The position numbers and the translations under genes are program-made. The notes below the pieces were generated by a model. The model did no database searches. It was not told the DNA's origin and saw only the letters and a program-made list of their open reading frames with translations. Positions 55,587 to 64,000 of a stretch of DNA of 64,000 bases are shown here, in pieces; position 1 is the stretch's first letter, and each line of letters opens with the position of its first letter. This DNA is from Tetramitus jugosus (lineage: Eukaryota > Protista > Heterolobosea). Location of the stretch: NCBI GenBank assembly GCA_937625935.1, contig OW569378.1, positions 62,001-126,000 of the forward strand, given 5' to 3'.

Positions 55587-57695
55587 TTACATGCCATTAA
55601 ATCCATAGTTGGCTGGAATCAACAACTCTTCGTTTATCTTTTGGCTCATGTATTTTTCTAGCAGATCACGCAGTTCATTGTTTTGGAGCCTAATCATTTC
55701 GGTTTCATCCACTAACTGCTCTCTCTCTTGTAGTACCACTTGGTATTTTTCCAGCCCCTCTTCGAGAGCATCCCAAGCTCTACTTTTGCTGTCAGGTATC
55801 ACTTGGGCCATTTGAGACCAGAATCTCCTTTCCTCGTTCCTTTTCCGCTCTTTGGCTCTTTCTTGAGCACTCAACATTTTAGCTTTCTTCTTTCTCATTG
55901 ATGTATCTGCTCTCATCATTGTTTTGTGTTGGTCATCAACAAACATTCGAAGTGCCTCCAGAACATCATCTATGGACAGCAAATCATCAACTGACGAACT
56001 GGTTATGCTTCTATCTTCTTTCTCATTGGCTGCCAATTCTTTCATCGTTTCTTGATTCACTTCAATAAAGTGAGAGAAGTAAGACATCAATTTAGAAATT
56101 TCGTTGGGATGTTCGATGCCAAGGGTCCGAAGAATCGCATCTGCTTTTAAAAGTTTCGATTCATCTGGGTCCAATCTTCGCAGAGCTTTTTTCACTCTCT
56201 CCTCTAGTAAGAAACCAGCCGTATCACACAAGGTCTCCATAATGTATCGAGACATCTGACTGTTCGGCTGAGTCTTTAAATCACCTTCATACAAAGACTT
56301 ATTATGATCCTGAAATACTGAGCTGTTATCAATTGTAGTGGCATCATTGATTGTGGTTTCCAGACCAAGTTTTAGGAAGTCATCATCTGGAGCGATCCAT
56401 TTCAATCCTAGTTGTTGTTCTGTTATGATTTGATCTGCTTGTAGTAACTTATTAGCCAACTCTTCCACAATCCCTTGATTCATCTTCCAAATATCCTTGA
56501 ACTTTTTGGTGTCTGCCTCCTCAAAATACTTGAATTTAAGAATCAGATCTTTATATTGCTTCGATAACCGTTTGTACTGTTCTGTTATCTCGTTATTGGA
56601 TGTTTTGAATCTTCTATCATCTCTCGCGTACTTTGCTTTGATTCCAGTTAAATCGTTTCTAAGAGTGTTTATCTTTCTCTGATTGTACTTGTTTGCATTT
56701 TCGTTAGCCTCAATCCTATGTTGGAGACCGTCGAAAAAGTACTTCAGCTTCTCAGAGTGTAAGTGATATTCACTTCTTAGTTTGTCGATGGTACTCTCTA
56801 AGCTATGAATCTGTTCATTTAGTTCTTTCTTAGCTATAGCGTGTCTCTCTAGTTCTTGATTCCTTAACATTTCTATCTCCTCTTCAAACTCGTCCACTCG
56901 TAGTTTTCTATCATCCATAAACTTTTTCTCAATATCTCTCCTTTTCTGCTTGAATCCTTCGATAATCTCTTCATTTTTCTTCAATAAATTCCTTCGTTCT
57001 TGTTCCAAAGAGAGCTCGATCCTATCGAACTGACTTTCATATTCTTTCATCATTGTGGTAGTTTGATCCCTCATCCTCAACATAAGTAAATCCATATCCT
57101 TCGCTTGATTCAGGAGAGCTTTTATGTATTCTTCGTCTTTGTTCCTAAGCTCTAGGTTCAATTCTTGAATCAAATTATCTTTCGACTTCAGTATTTTGTC
57201 GCAAGCTAGCTTCTGGGACTGTAAATCGTTCAACAGTTCCTGAGATATATCACGTTCCTTGATAGAGGGCCATCTCATTTGGATAGCCGCGTTCCCTTTT
57301 GCACTAGTGTTGGCCTCTATTTTCAGTTTTTGTTGAATTGCTTCGACTTTGAGCTCTTGCCTTATTCTTCTTTCATTCTCTTCAGTGTCTCCCTCTACTC
57401 GAACATCAGTGACCGATTTTGTTGTCTCGTTCAATACTTCGATTAAACGCACGATACTTCTCTCAATTTGCTGTGGTCCTGACAAGAGTGGTTCCTTTTG
57501 TTTTGTGGAAGATGATTCTTCAACATCCGATTTGGTGATCTCATTTAAGATTCCCTCCTCTCCGCTCATGTTCACTTGCAAGGATTGGTTGTCATTCTCC
57601 TCTTTTTTAGTAGTATCTAAGTCTTCTGTCTTTGATGCTTCCTCGTTGGTGATCTTATCTTCTATTCCTTGGTCAATGTTCTCTGGTGTCTCCAT
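55587..57695 (-). CDS. DRC1: Dynein regulatory complex subunit 1 (CCDC164)
   Basis: Q...C..IL..KD.LI..L..EL..KDEEY..AL..Q..D.D.L..RM, ITEQY.RL..Q..DL..KF.YF, IW.MN, LLQAD.II.EQQLG..W, W.AL..GLEKY..VL.ER, QN.ELR.LL..Y, EL.IP. Confidence 0.92.
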   Translation of the reverse strand: METPENIDQGIEDKITNEEASKTEDLDTTKKEENDNQSLQVNMSGEEGILNEITKSDVEESSSTKQKEPLLSGPQQIERSIVRLIEVLNETTKSVTDVRVEGDTEENERRIRQELKVEAIQQKLKIEANTSAKGNAAIQMRWPSIKERDISQELLNDLQSQKLACDKILKSKDNLIQELNLELRNKDEEYIKALLNQAKDMDLLMLRMRDQTTTMMKEYESQFDRIELSLEQERRNLLKKNEEIIEGFKQKRRDIEKKFMDDRKLRVDEFEEEIEMLRNQELERHAIAKKELNEQIHSLESTIDKLRSEYHLHSEKLKYFFDGLQHRIEANENANKYNQRKINTLRNDLTGIKAKYARDDRRFKTSNNEITEQYKRLSKQYKDLILKFKYFEEADTKKFKDIWKMNQGIVEELANKLLQADQIITEQQLGLKWIAPDDDFLKLGLETTINDATTIDNSSVFQDHNKSLYEGDLKTQPNSQMSRYIMETLCDTAGFLLEERVKKALRRLDPDESKLLKADAILRTLGIEHPNEISKLMSYFSHFIEVNQETMKELAANEKEDRSITSSSVDDLLSIDDVLEALRMFVDDQHKTMMRADTSMRKKKAKMLSAQERAKERKRNEERRFWSQMAQVIPDSKSRAWDALEEGLEKYQVVLQEREQLVDETEMIRLQNNELRDLLEKYMSQKINEELLIPANYGFNGM

Positions 57696-57739
57696 CTTGA
57701 TTTTTTCATGTGGATAAGAGCACACTGTAAACTTTTCAC

Positions 57740-57749
57740 TTGGCGGGAA
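57740..57749. promoter_or_regulatory. E2F-like site in the 60-bp DRC1/DOCK divergent gap
   Basis: TTGGCGGGAA lies between ATGs at 57695(-) and 57756(+). Confidence 0.45.
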
Positions 57750-57755
57750 CAACAG

Positions 57756-60700
57756 ATGAACCAAACAAATCATATAGGAAAGAAGGATAAGGAAAATAAT
57801 ATCTTTAATGGGCTCAATCTGGAAGAAAAATGTTTCTATCTTGCGTACAACGAGCTGTTAAACAAACAGAATGAACGGCTGAAGGAAAAAGCTTGGTCTA
57901 ATGTGGCAAAGAAAGTTGATGTTGATCGAGAGGAGTTAACAAGACTGATCATGCAAAATAATGGAATGTTGGAAATTCTTGTTTGCTTCGATCCAATTGA
58001 TTTTGGAGAACAATGTTGTTTCATCTCGCTATTCAGAGATGATGTCCGTCTAACACCTCGTCACAAGATTTCCTCCAACAACAAGTTTCGATTCAAGAAC
58101 ATTACCAACTCTCTTGTGAGTGATTTCTTTATTACTTTCGAACTGTTTGATAAGGATATGCACCTAATAGAAACCCAACAATTGCTTTGCCAAATTGAGA
58201 AGGAAGAATCAGAAGATACCCTTGAGTGGATTATCTCCTCTAACATAAAAAGTTCCCATGTATCCATGAGAGTAAAAAGACCATTGAATGGTTATGATCC
58301 AACATTAGGGAACTCAGCGAATGAAGATGAAATTTTCTTGTTGGAAGATACGTGTTTAGAAGAATCCGCAACACTGCACTGTACTATTTACATAGATAGG
58401 TTACTCCCGTTCTTACGGGTTGGAGAGAAAACTGTTTATGTAACTCTCTACAGTGGAACATCTAACACTAGCATTGTTTCTCCTCGAAAAATAGAATATG
58501 AAGACAATGATAGCGACCAGTGGTATTTTACCTTCTCCATCAATGAAGAACAATGGATGGATGAGTCAATCAGAATCATTATTTACTGTGTCGATGAAAA
58601 CTTTCAACCTAAGATGGATGAACTTACGACGGATATCCAATCAGATTTGTCGTCTCAGGCTAGTTTGAAAAATTCAGTTTTAAGATACGAGAGATCCCCT
58701 GATTTTCTAAAAAGAGCTGTTATGCGTAAGGTCACAGAAATGCTTGAAGTAGATACCAACTCAGACCTCTCATTCACTGGCTCAATTTCTGGATCCTCTA
58801 ATGTCAGTAAATCGAGAGTGAATAATATTGTTGCTGGAATATCAATATCAATGTATGTCAGACAAAATAACTCATTGGTGTTCATTAACGATGGATCGCA
58901 CCTGATTCATCTCGTAGAAGGGAATCCTTTTACTCCATCGGGTCCACCAAAAATAATTACTACTACATCAGCTGTTATTCATGCACAAATTAAGAATGTG
59001 TGTCAATCGAGTTTAATTCAAGAGATAAACACGGGAGTAGAAGATATTCAACCAGAAAAAATGTTGTCGAATCTTGTCCTGAAGAAAGATCTCTTCGAAC
59101 AGGTCCCTAAGCGAGATATTCAGAGGCACAAAGAGAAAATATTTAGTGTTTTGGGTTCTCTGTTTGGGGAACATGAGAAGTACAGAGTCATCGATCCAAC
59201 CAATATCCTAGAGAAGAGTTTACTAGATATCTATGAAATTTTGTTGAAAAAGCTACATAGAGATCACAGATCTACGAGCATAGATGCATGGGACAGAATC
59301 ATGAAAATGAATTTGCCCATCGAACTATTATTCAACCATTTTGTTCGAAATCTACTTCTAGATATCAAGAACAAAAGTCTCATACATTCCGATTTTTATA
59401 TTCGATCTCTCTGTTCCTTTTTGGAACGAATGATATCTGAGGAATTAGTGGAGGACAATGCAATATCGAAGTGTTTAACAATTCTTTTCAAACTTTCGAA
59501 TCAGTATCTCACGATTGTTGAAGATTGCTATTATTTTGTGGAAGTATCAATCCACATTATCCCTCTGATATGTAAAATAAGAACTTTGGATGAACTATTA
59601 ATTCAAGAGGTAATGTTGTATCTGGATATACTTCTCACTAAATCCGCAGAAAGTTATCAGTTAATGTACTGTACTACTTGGATTGTGTTGAGAACTATTT
59701 CAGAGAACTCCATTTGTGCCCCAATAGTCGAGAAATGCATCTCTTCATCTTCAATAGCGTCGAGTTTGAAGGGATATTTACATTCGTCAAGTTGGGAACA
59801 ACGAATACCTGATATTGTGGAATCCACTATTGTAGCCCTGTTAAAGTCGCTATGTGAAACTTCAAATTATGCACACGTTAGGGAAGTCACCGACTTTATA
59901 TCAGATGTACTCTCCTCAAATTGTAGAATGAAAGGATTCATCTCTCTTTGGTCGCTTGTGTACCTTGGAAACATCTTTGCCTCGGAGTTAGATAAGGAAA
60001 GAAGCAACTTAAGTAATGTAGCTCTTCTAAGCTTGCAGAGTCTCGCCAGTAACATTCCGGTTCAGAATTTTTCTCCCACAGAGCAAGAGTTGGAACTACT
60101 TTTGGTTTCTTTGTTGAGATTCAAAAACTTCTATGTGTTAGTTCTAGATTGTTTGGCAAAAATATCCTATCTGGCAGAACATCAGAAGTTTTACGAAATC
60201 AGAGATAGAATACTCATCTCAATTAACGAGTTGATGGTTAAGGAAATGACCAGAACTAGCTCTTCCTTCAGTACAATATCGGAGATCAAATCAATAGTTT
60301 CGAATGCGGGACAGTCTTACGCAGAACGAGAAACGAATTATGTTAATTACCTCGTGGGAATTCCTTTTGTCGCCATACTACTACGACAATATACCATGTT
60401 TCACACCCTGAATCTATTATTTGAAGTATTATTAATGGATTTCCTGAGTGTAGCACCAATCAAAACCAAAGACTACTCGAAAGGAAAACTACTCCAATAC
60501 TTACAAGTACTGAAGAATATTCTCAATTTACATTTGATAACCAAGTATAGTGAAATATTGAAATTGATAGTGGTGAATCGTGAGTTAAAAGAACCACCGG
60601 ATCTAACCTATGTTATCGAAGACAAAGAGTTTGTTTCTGATGTAGAGAATAGTTTATCGACGCTTATTGCTTGGATCACAAACAATATGGGAAGCATAGA

Positions 60701-62375
60701 ACAAGTTTGCCAGTACATTCAGACAAGAGGGGTATTGTTCGAAAAATCGAACTTTCACTTGAATGGCCCTTTGACAGAACTGGAAACAGTCCGTGTGAAC
60801 GGAAGATCCAAGGACAACACCGAGGAGCCTGTCCTATCGGGGATTTTGAATCTACTCTCATATAGCCCTCTCAACTCTCGGTCAATAGTTACTGGTGTTT
60901 TAATTCGTCTCTTGGTGGAATTACACACTCACTCTGAGAATACTATTGGCTTGGGATATTCCTTGTTGTTGTACGCCGAATTTCTGAGTAAGAGTATCTC
61001 TACAAAAATATCCTCCAATGGAGAGAGCGACTCCCTCGCTCTGGATCCGATCCTAAAAGCTCTGGAAACTGAGAAGGGATTACTGAAGTATTGTAATCTT
61101 ACTCTCCCGAATAATTCTTCTTCCTTCGAAGTTTACTCTGATCTCCTCACAAATTTGTTAGAAGAAGAGGGAATAACATGTACAGAAGAATACCAAGAAA
61201 CTCGAGAAAAGATAGATTTTCACCAATACACTGAAGAGTTGCTAGCTTTCTCCAATTCATTGTATATGGCAGGATCGGTATTTCTACAAGGTGGAGTTTG
61301 TACACTATCATTAAGTGTTTTCAAGAGAAACATCGAAATCATTGATTTCTTACCCCTTGAAAAAAAGAAGAAGTGTGAACTACTGAACCAACACTATTCC
61401 CAAATAGCTAAAGTGTATGCTGATATTGGAAGAGGACGCGAATTGCAAACGGAATGGTGCAGATATTTTTTCTTAATGGCTATGAAAGGAACTACTCACG
61501 ATAGATTTGTGTTACGAGTTCGTCCTGGTGAATCTATGAACTCCATTCTACATTGTATTTCATCTTTATTTCCTAACTTTGAAATATCAGACAATGTGGG
61601 TTCTGAATCTGCTAACCTCCAGCGAGGAACAGTCGTTGTTTCATCTATTATCCCTGTGGGAAACAGAAGAATAAGTGACTGTTCTTTTTCACTCTATTCA
61701 CCCGTATCTTTCGCCCAAACCCCAGCTCTAAGTTCAGATCTCATTGATACTGGGACAATTGTGCAAGAGAAACAACTGACTATTGATCTTGGAGGATTAC
61801 AGCGAGTTCACCGGCTGTACAAGGTCGCAGGTATTGAAACAAGTGTGATCAGCCAAGTGGATGCATCGATCAACTGGCTTGATCATTTCATACGTGGTTT
61901 AACACTCGTGGGAGGCTCAACAGCAAGTTTTGCAAATTTAGGAACAGAGAAGGAGGAACTGGATTGTTTAAAATCATCATTTCTCACGCTAGGCGGGATT
62001 CTTGATGACGTTCTTTCCCATAGGAGCATCATTAACTTGATATCAATCCAAGAATTGTATGACTCTTTCGAAGCCACCTTGAGCGAGGCTGTGAGAAGGA
62101 AAAAGGCTGAAGTTCGTGCCCAATGGGTCAAAGATCGTAAGTTTGCCCAAGACACTGGTTTCGAAATCCCTGCCCAACCAATGGATGATAACCTCATTCC
62201 TCCCATTCCATCATTCGTCACCTTGGATCAAAAGATCAGAGATATATCAAAGTTGATTCGACAGTCGATGGACCTGTATGCCCAAATTGCGACAGAAAGG
62301 TATGGCTGCTCTGAAGATGACCACACCTCCGAATTGCGCTTGAAGGTGTCGGCCATTCTGACGCGAAATTATTAG
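57756..62375 (+). CDS. Divergent DOCK-family protein (C2/DHR1-like, helical repeats, degenerate DHR2)
   Basis: L.ELH..SEN.......LL.YA..L, L..A...F..G......VFK, L..HY.QIA..Y..I, RYF..., FV.R, S.VD..I follow DHR2 lobe A-C order. Confidence 0.62.
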   Translation: MNQTNHIGKKDKENNIFNGLNLEEKCFYLAYNELLNKQNERLKEKAWSNVAKKVDVDREELTRLIMQNNGMLEILVCFDPIDFGEQCCFISLFRDDVRLTPRHKISSNNKFRFKNITNSLVSDFFITFELFDKDMHLIETQQLLCQIEKEESEDTLEWIISSNIKSSHVSMRVKRPLNGYDPTLGNSANEDEIFLLEDTCLEESATLHCTIYIDRLLPFLRVGEKTVYVTLYSGTSNTSIVSPRKIEYEDNDSDQWYFTFSINEEQWMDESIRIIIYCVDENFQPKMDELTTDIQSDLSSQASLKNSVLRYERSPDFLKRAVMRKVTEMLEVDTNSDLSFTGSISGSSNVSKSRVNNIVAGISISMYVRQNNSLVFINDGSHLIHLVEGNPFTPSGPPKIITTTSAVIHAQIKNVCQSSLIQEINTGVEDIQPEKMLSNLVLKKDLFEQVPKRDIQRHKEKIFSVLGSLFGEHEKYRVIDPTNILEKSLLDIYEILLKKLHRDHRSTSIDAWDRIMKMNLPIELLFNHFVRNLLLDIKNKSLIHSDFYIRSLCSFLERMISEELVEDNAISKCLTILFKLSNQYLTIVEDCYYFVEVSIHIIPLICKIRTLDELLIQEVMLYLDILLTKSAESYQLMYCTTWIVLRTISENSICAPIVEKCISSSSIASSLKGYLHSSSWEQRIPDIVESTIVALLKSLCETSNYAHVREVTDFISDVLSSNCRMKGFISLWSLVYLGNIFASELDKERSNLSNVALLSLQSLASNIPVQNFSPTEQELELLLVSLLRFKNFYVLVLDCLAKISYLAEHQKFYEIRDRILISINELMVKEMTRTSSSFSTISEIKSIVSNAGQSYAERETNYVNYLVGIPFVAILLRQYTMFHTLNLLFEVLLMDFLSVAPIKTKDYSKGKLLQYLQVLKNILNLHLITKYSEILKLIVVNRELKEPPDLTYVIEDKEFVSDVENSLSTLIAWITNNMGSIEQVCQYIQTRGVLFEKSNFHLNGPLTELETVRVNGRSKDNTEEPVLSGILNLLSYSPLNSRSIVTGVLIRLLVELHTHSENTIGLGYSLLLYAEFLSKSISTKISSNGESDSLALDPILKALETEKGLLKYCNLTLPNNSSSFEVYSDLLTNLLEEEGITCTEEYQETREKIDFHQYTEELLAFSNSLYMAGSVFLQGGVCTLSLSVFKRNIEIIDFLPLEKKKKCELLNQHYSQIAKVYADIGRGRELQTEWCRYFFLMAMKGTTHDRFVLRVRPGESMNSILHCISSLFPNFEISDNVGSESANLQRGTVVVSSIIPVGNRRISDCSFSLYSPVSFAQTPALSSDLIDTGTIVQEKQLTIDLGGLQRVHRLYKVAGIETSVISQVDASINWLDHFIRGLTLVGGSTASFANLGTEKEELDCLKSSFLTLGGILDDVLSHRSIINLISIQELYDSFEATLSEAVRRKKAEVRAQWVKDRKFAQDTGFEIPAQPMDDNLIPPIPSFVTLDQKIRDISKLIRQSMDLYAQIATERYGCSEDDHTSELRLKVSAILTRNY

Positions 62376-62587
62376 AAAAAGGGGGTGCTGTCAGAATTTT
62401 GTGCGACAAAGTCCAAAATGACAGATGATGAGTATACTTGGAAACGCCGATGAAACAGGGTCACCCCCACAAAGGAAGAGAGGTAGTGGCTATCACCGTC
62501 ATCAAACCAAAAACACAACAATCAAAGAATATTCTGTCGAGTTAGAAACCAATCACAACAAACAACAAACAACAACCAACAATAAAC

Positions 62588-64000
62588 ATGAAGGGTAGTT
62601 CGACCAGTGCAGTCAATGCTGGTTCTTCATCACCCGCCACATCCAACAATAACAACAATGGCAACAACAACAACAACAATAGCTTTTCCAAAATTCGACA
62701 ATTGTGGCGGAGTAGAGCCATGAGCACAGGCAGCAATCACCACAATAGCACAGGTCACAAACCAGTCATTAGTCACCCTACGAATTTTCAACATGTAGAA
62801 CACGTGGATTTTGATGAAGAGTTGGGATTGACGGGCATACCAGTCGATTGGGACATGAATCAACTACAGGGAACAGTTGCTTTTGACAAGAATCAACTCA
62901 ATTCAACATCAAGCACATCTTCCTCTCCCAAATCCATTCTATCCATGCTTCACTCACCATTCCTCAACAACAACAACAACAGTAGTGGTAGTCACAACAA
63001 GAGAAACACATTGGGAGGCTCACCATCCTCTCCATTGACTAGTGGAAGTGGAAGTGGTGGTGGCAGAGGTTCTATTCGAGTGTTTGGCATGGATCAAAAA
63101 CAATTGTCGTCCAACATCAAGAAGGACGATGCGAGAAAGTCGTACATGGAACACTCGAGTGTTGCACTGTCGACATCACCGTCCTCTCCCTTGGTATCAG
63201 CATCATCAGCAGCATCAGCGTCCACATCACCATCATCCCTGTCTTCCTCACCTCAATCCTCATCTCCCATAGCATCACAAATGGGCATGTGGCATTCCAT
63301 GAATAGCAACAACAACAACAACAAGTGTGATAGTCCAACAGTCAGTCTTTCATTAAAGGACGAATGGAAGAACAAGTATCACTCTGAAGTGACACGGATG
63401 AGCACCCATGTGGAATATAGTGTGAATGATGATCCGTTGTTGCCTCCTTCTTCCTATGATCCATTGATCAATGGACCTCATCTCAGTATGTGCTCTCTCA
63501 ACAATAATAATTGTTACTTTTGTGTGTGTATGTGTGCTGAAATGAATGTGTGCGTAAACTAACCTGTGCTTTCTTTGTTATGTCTACTATGACTACTATG
63601 ACTACTATTACTACTACTACTACAGTATCATTGGTGAATACGAGAGATCCATTGAGAGACTATTGTAAATTAGTGAAGATTGGTACGGGTAGTTCAGGTG
63701 ATGTGTACAAGGCAATCCATCGAAACACGAGACGCAAGGTTGCCATCAAGATTATGCAGATTACAAAGGACACGAGAACCGAGTTGATTGAGAATGAGAT
63801 TCGAATGATGATACGGTCAAAGGACCACGAGAATGTCGTACAGTACTATGACACGTACCTCAGACAGGATGAACTGTGGATTGTCATGGAGTATATCAAT
63901 GGTGGAAAATTGACCGATTGTCTCTATTTGGCCATGACAGAACAACAGATTGCAGCCATTTTGAAACAAGTGTTGCTCACACTGGATCATATGCACGATA
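62588..64000 (+). CDS. PAK/Ste20 kinase with CRIB domain; intron 63486-63625; truncated at window end
   Basis: CRIB VISHPTNFQHVEHV...LTGIP.DW. Exon 2 reads DPL..Y....KIG.GSSG.VYKA, VAIK, NEI.MM, H.NVV.Y.D.YL...ELWIVMEY..GG.LTD. Confidence 0.95.
63584..63623 (+). repeat. (CTA)n / CTACTATGA microsatellite in PAK intron
   Basis: ctactatgactactatgactactattactactactactac immediately precedes the acceptor. Confidence 0.8.

Noticed and set aside
57669-57773. Apparent 5' overlap of DRC1 and DOCK-like ORFs
   Set aside because: Arises from non-ATG or poorly supported starts; likely ATGs at 57695 and 57756 do not overlap.
1-64000. Alternative genetic code, selenocysteine or U12 (AT-AC) introns
   Set aside because: All interrupted genes are repaired by GT-AG introns; TAA, TAG and TGA all terminate genes; no in-frame TGA at a catalytic Cys position.
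1-64000. Mobile elements, CRISPR arrays, rRNA
   Set aside because: No transposase/RT/integrase motifs, terminal repeats, spaced direct repeats or rRNA signatures were seen.

Overview
Very gene-dense nuclear DNA of a flagellate-capable microbial eukaryote. It uses the standard genetic code and has short GT-AG introns, mostly GTATGT donors, 62-315 nt. Gene content and style are compatible with a heterolobosean/Discoba-type or other free-living protist, but that taxonomic call is only an impression. I reconstruct 35 complete protein genes, one PAK kinase gene truncated by the window edge, and two tRNAs (intron-containing Glu-TTC, Pro-TGG). Recognisable genes: circularly permuted Ras (cpRas-ZnF-vWA-RING), COX5B, CutC, MAP2K, UPF0538, adenylate kinase, ALG10, ALG8, a membrane-anchored class II cAMP phosphodiesterase, an OPT transporter, METTL23- and EFM4-type methyltransferases, Rab32-like, CNNM, PEX12, MED10, eIF3m, PSMB2, MDM35, PH-RhoGAP, glyoxalase II, a divergent GT48 1,3-beta-glucan synthase, NMT, DRC1, a degenerate DOCK and PAK. 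No mobile element, rRNA or CRISPR array was seen, and no single operon-like novel system is evident. The best leads are: (i) a compaction grammar of head-to-head pairs sharing E2F-like motifs, AATAAA built into stop codons, and convergent genes with 0-2 nt gaps; (ii) a divergent glucan synthase plus a CASP/MARVEL-like protein as possible cyst-wall machinery; (iii) several apparent pseudo-enzymes; (iv) a protein carrying tandem alpha-tubulin-tail mimics; (v) a multi-hairpin intergenic ncRNA candidate at about 40.05-40.21 kb. All family assignments come from motif recognition by eye; no searches were run.
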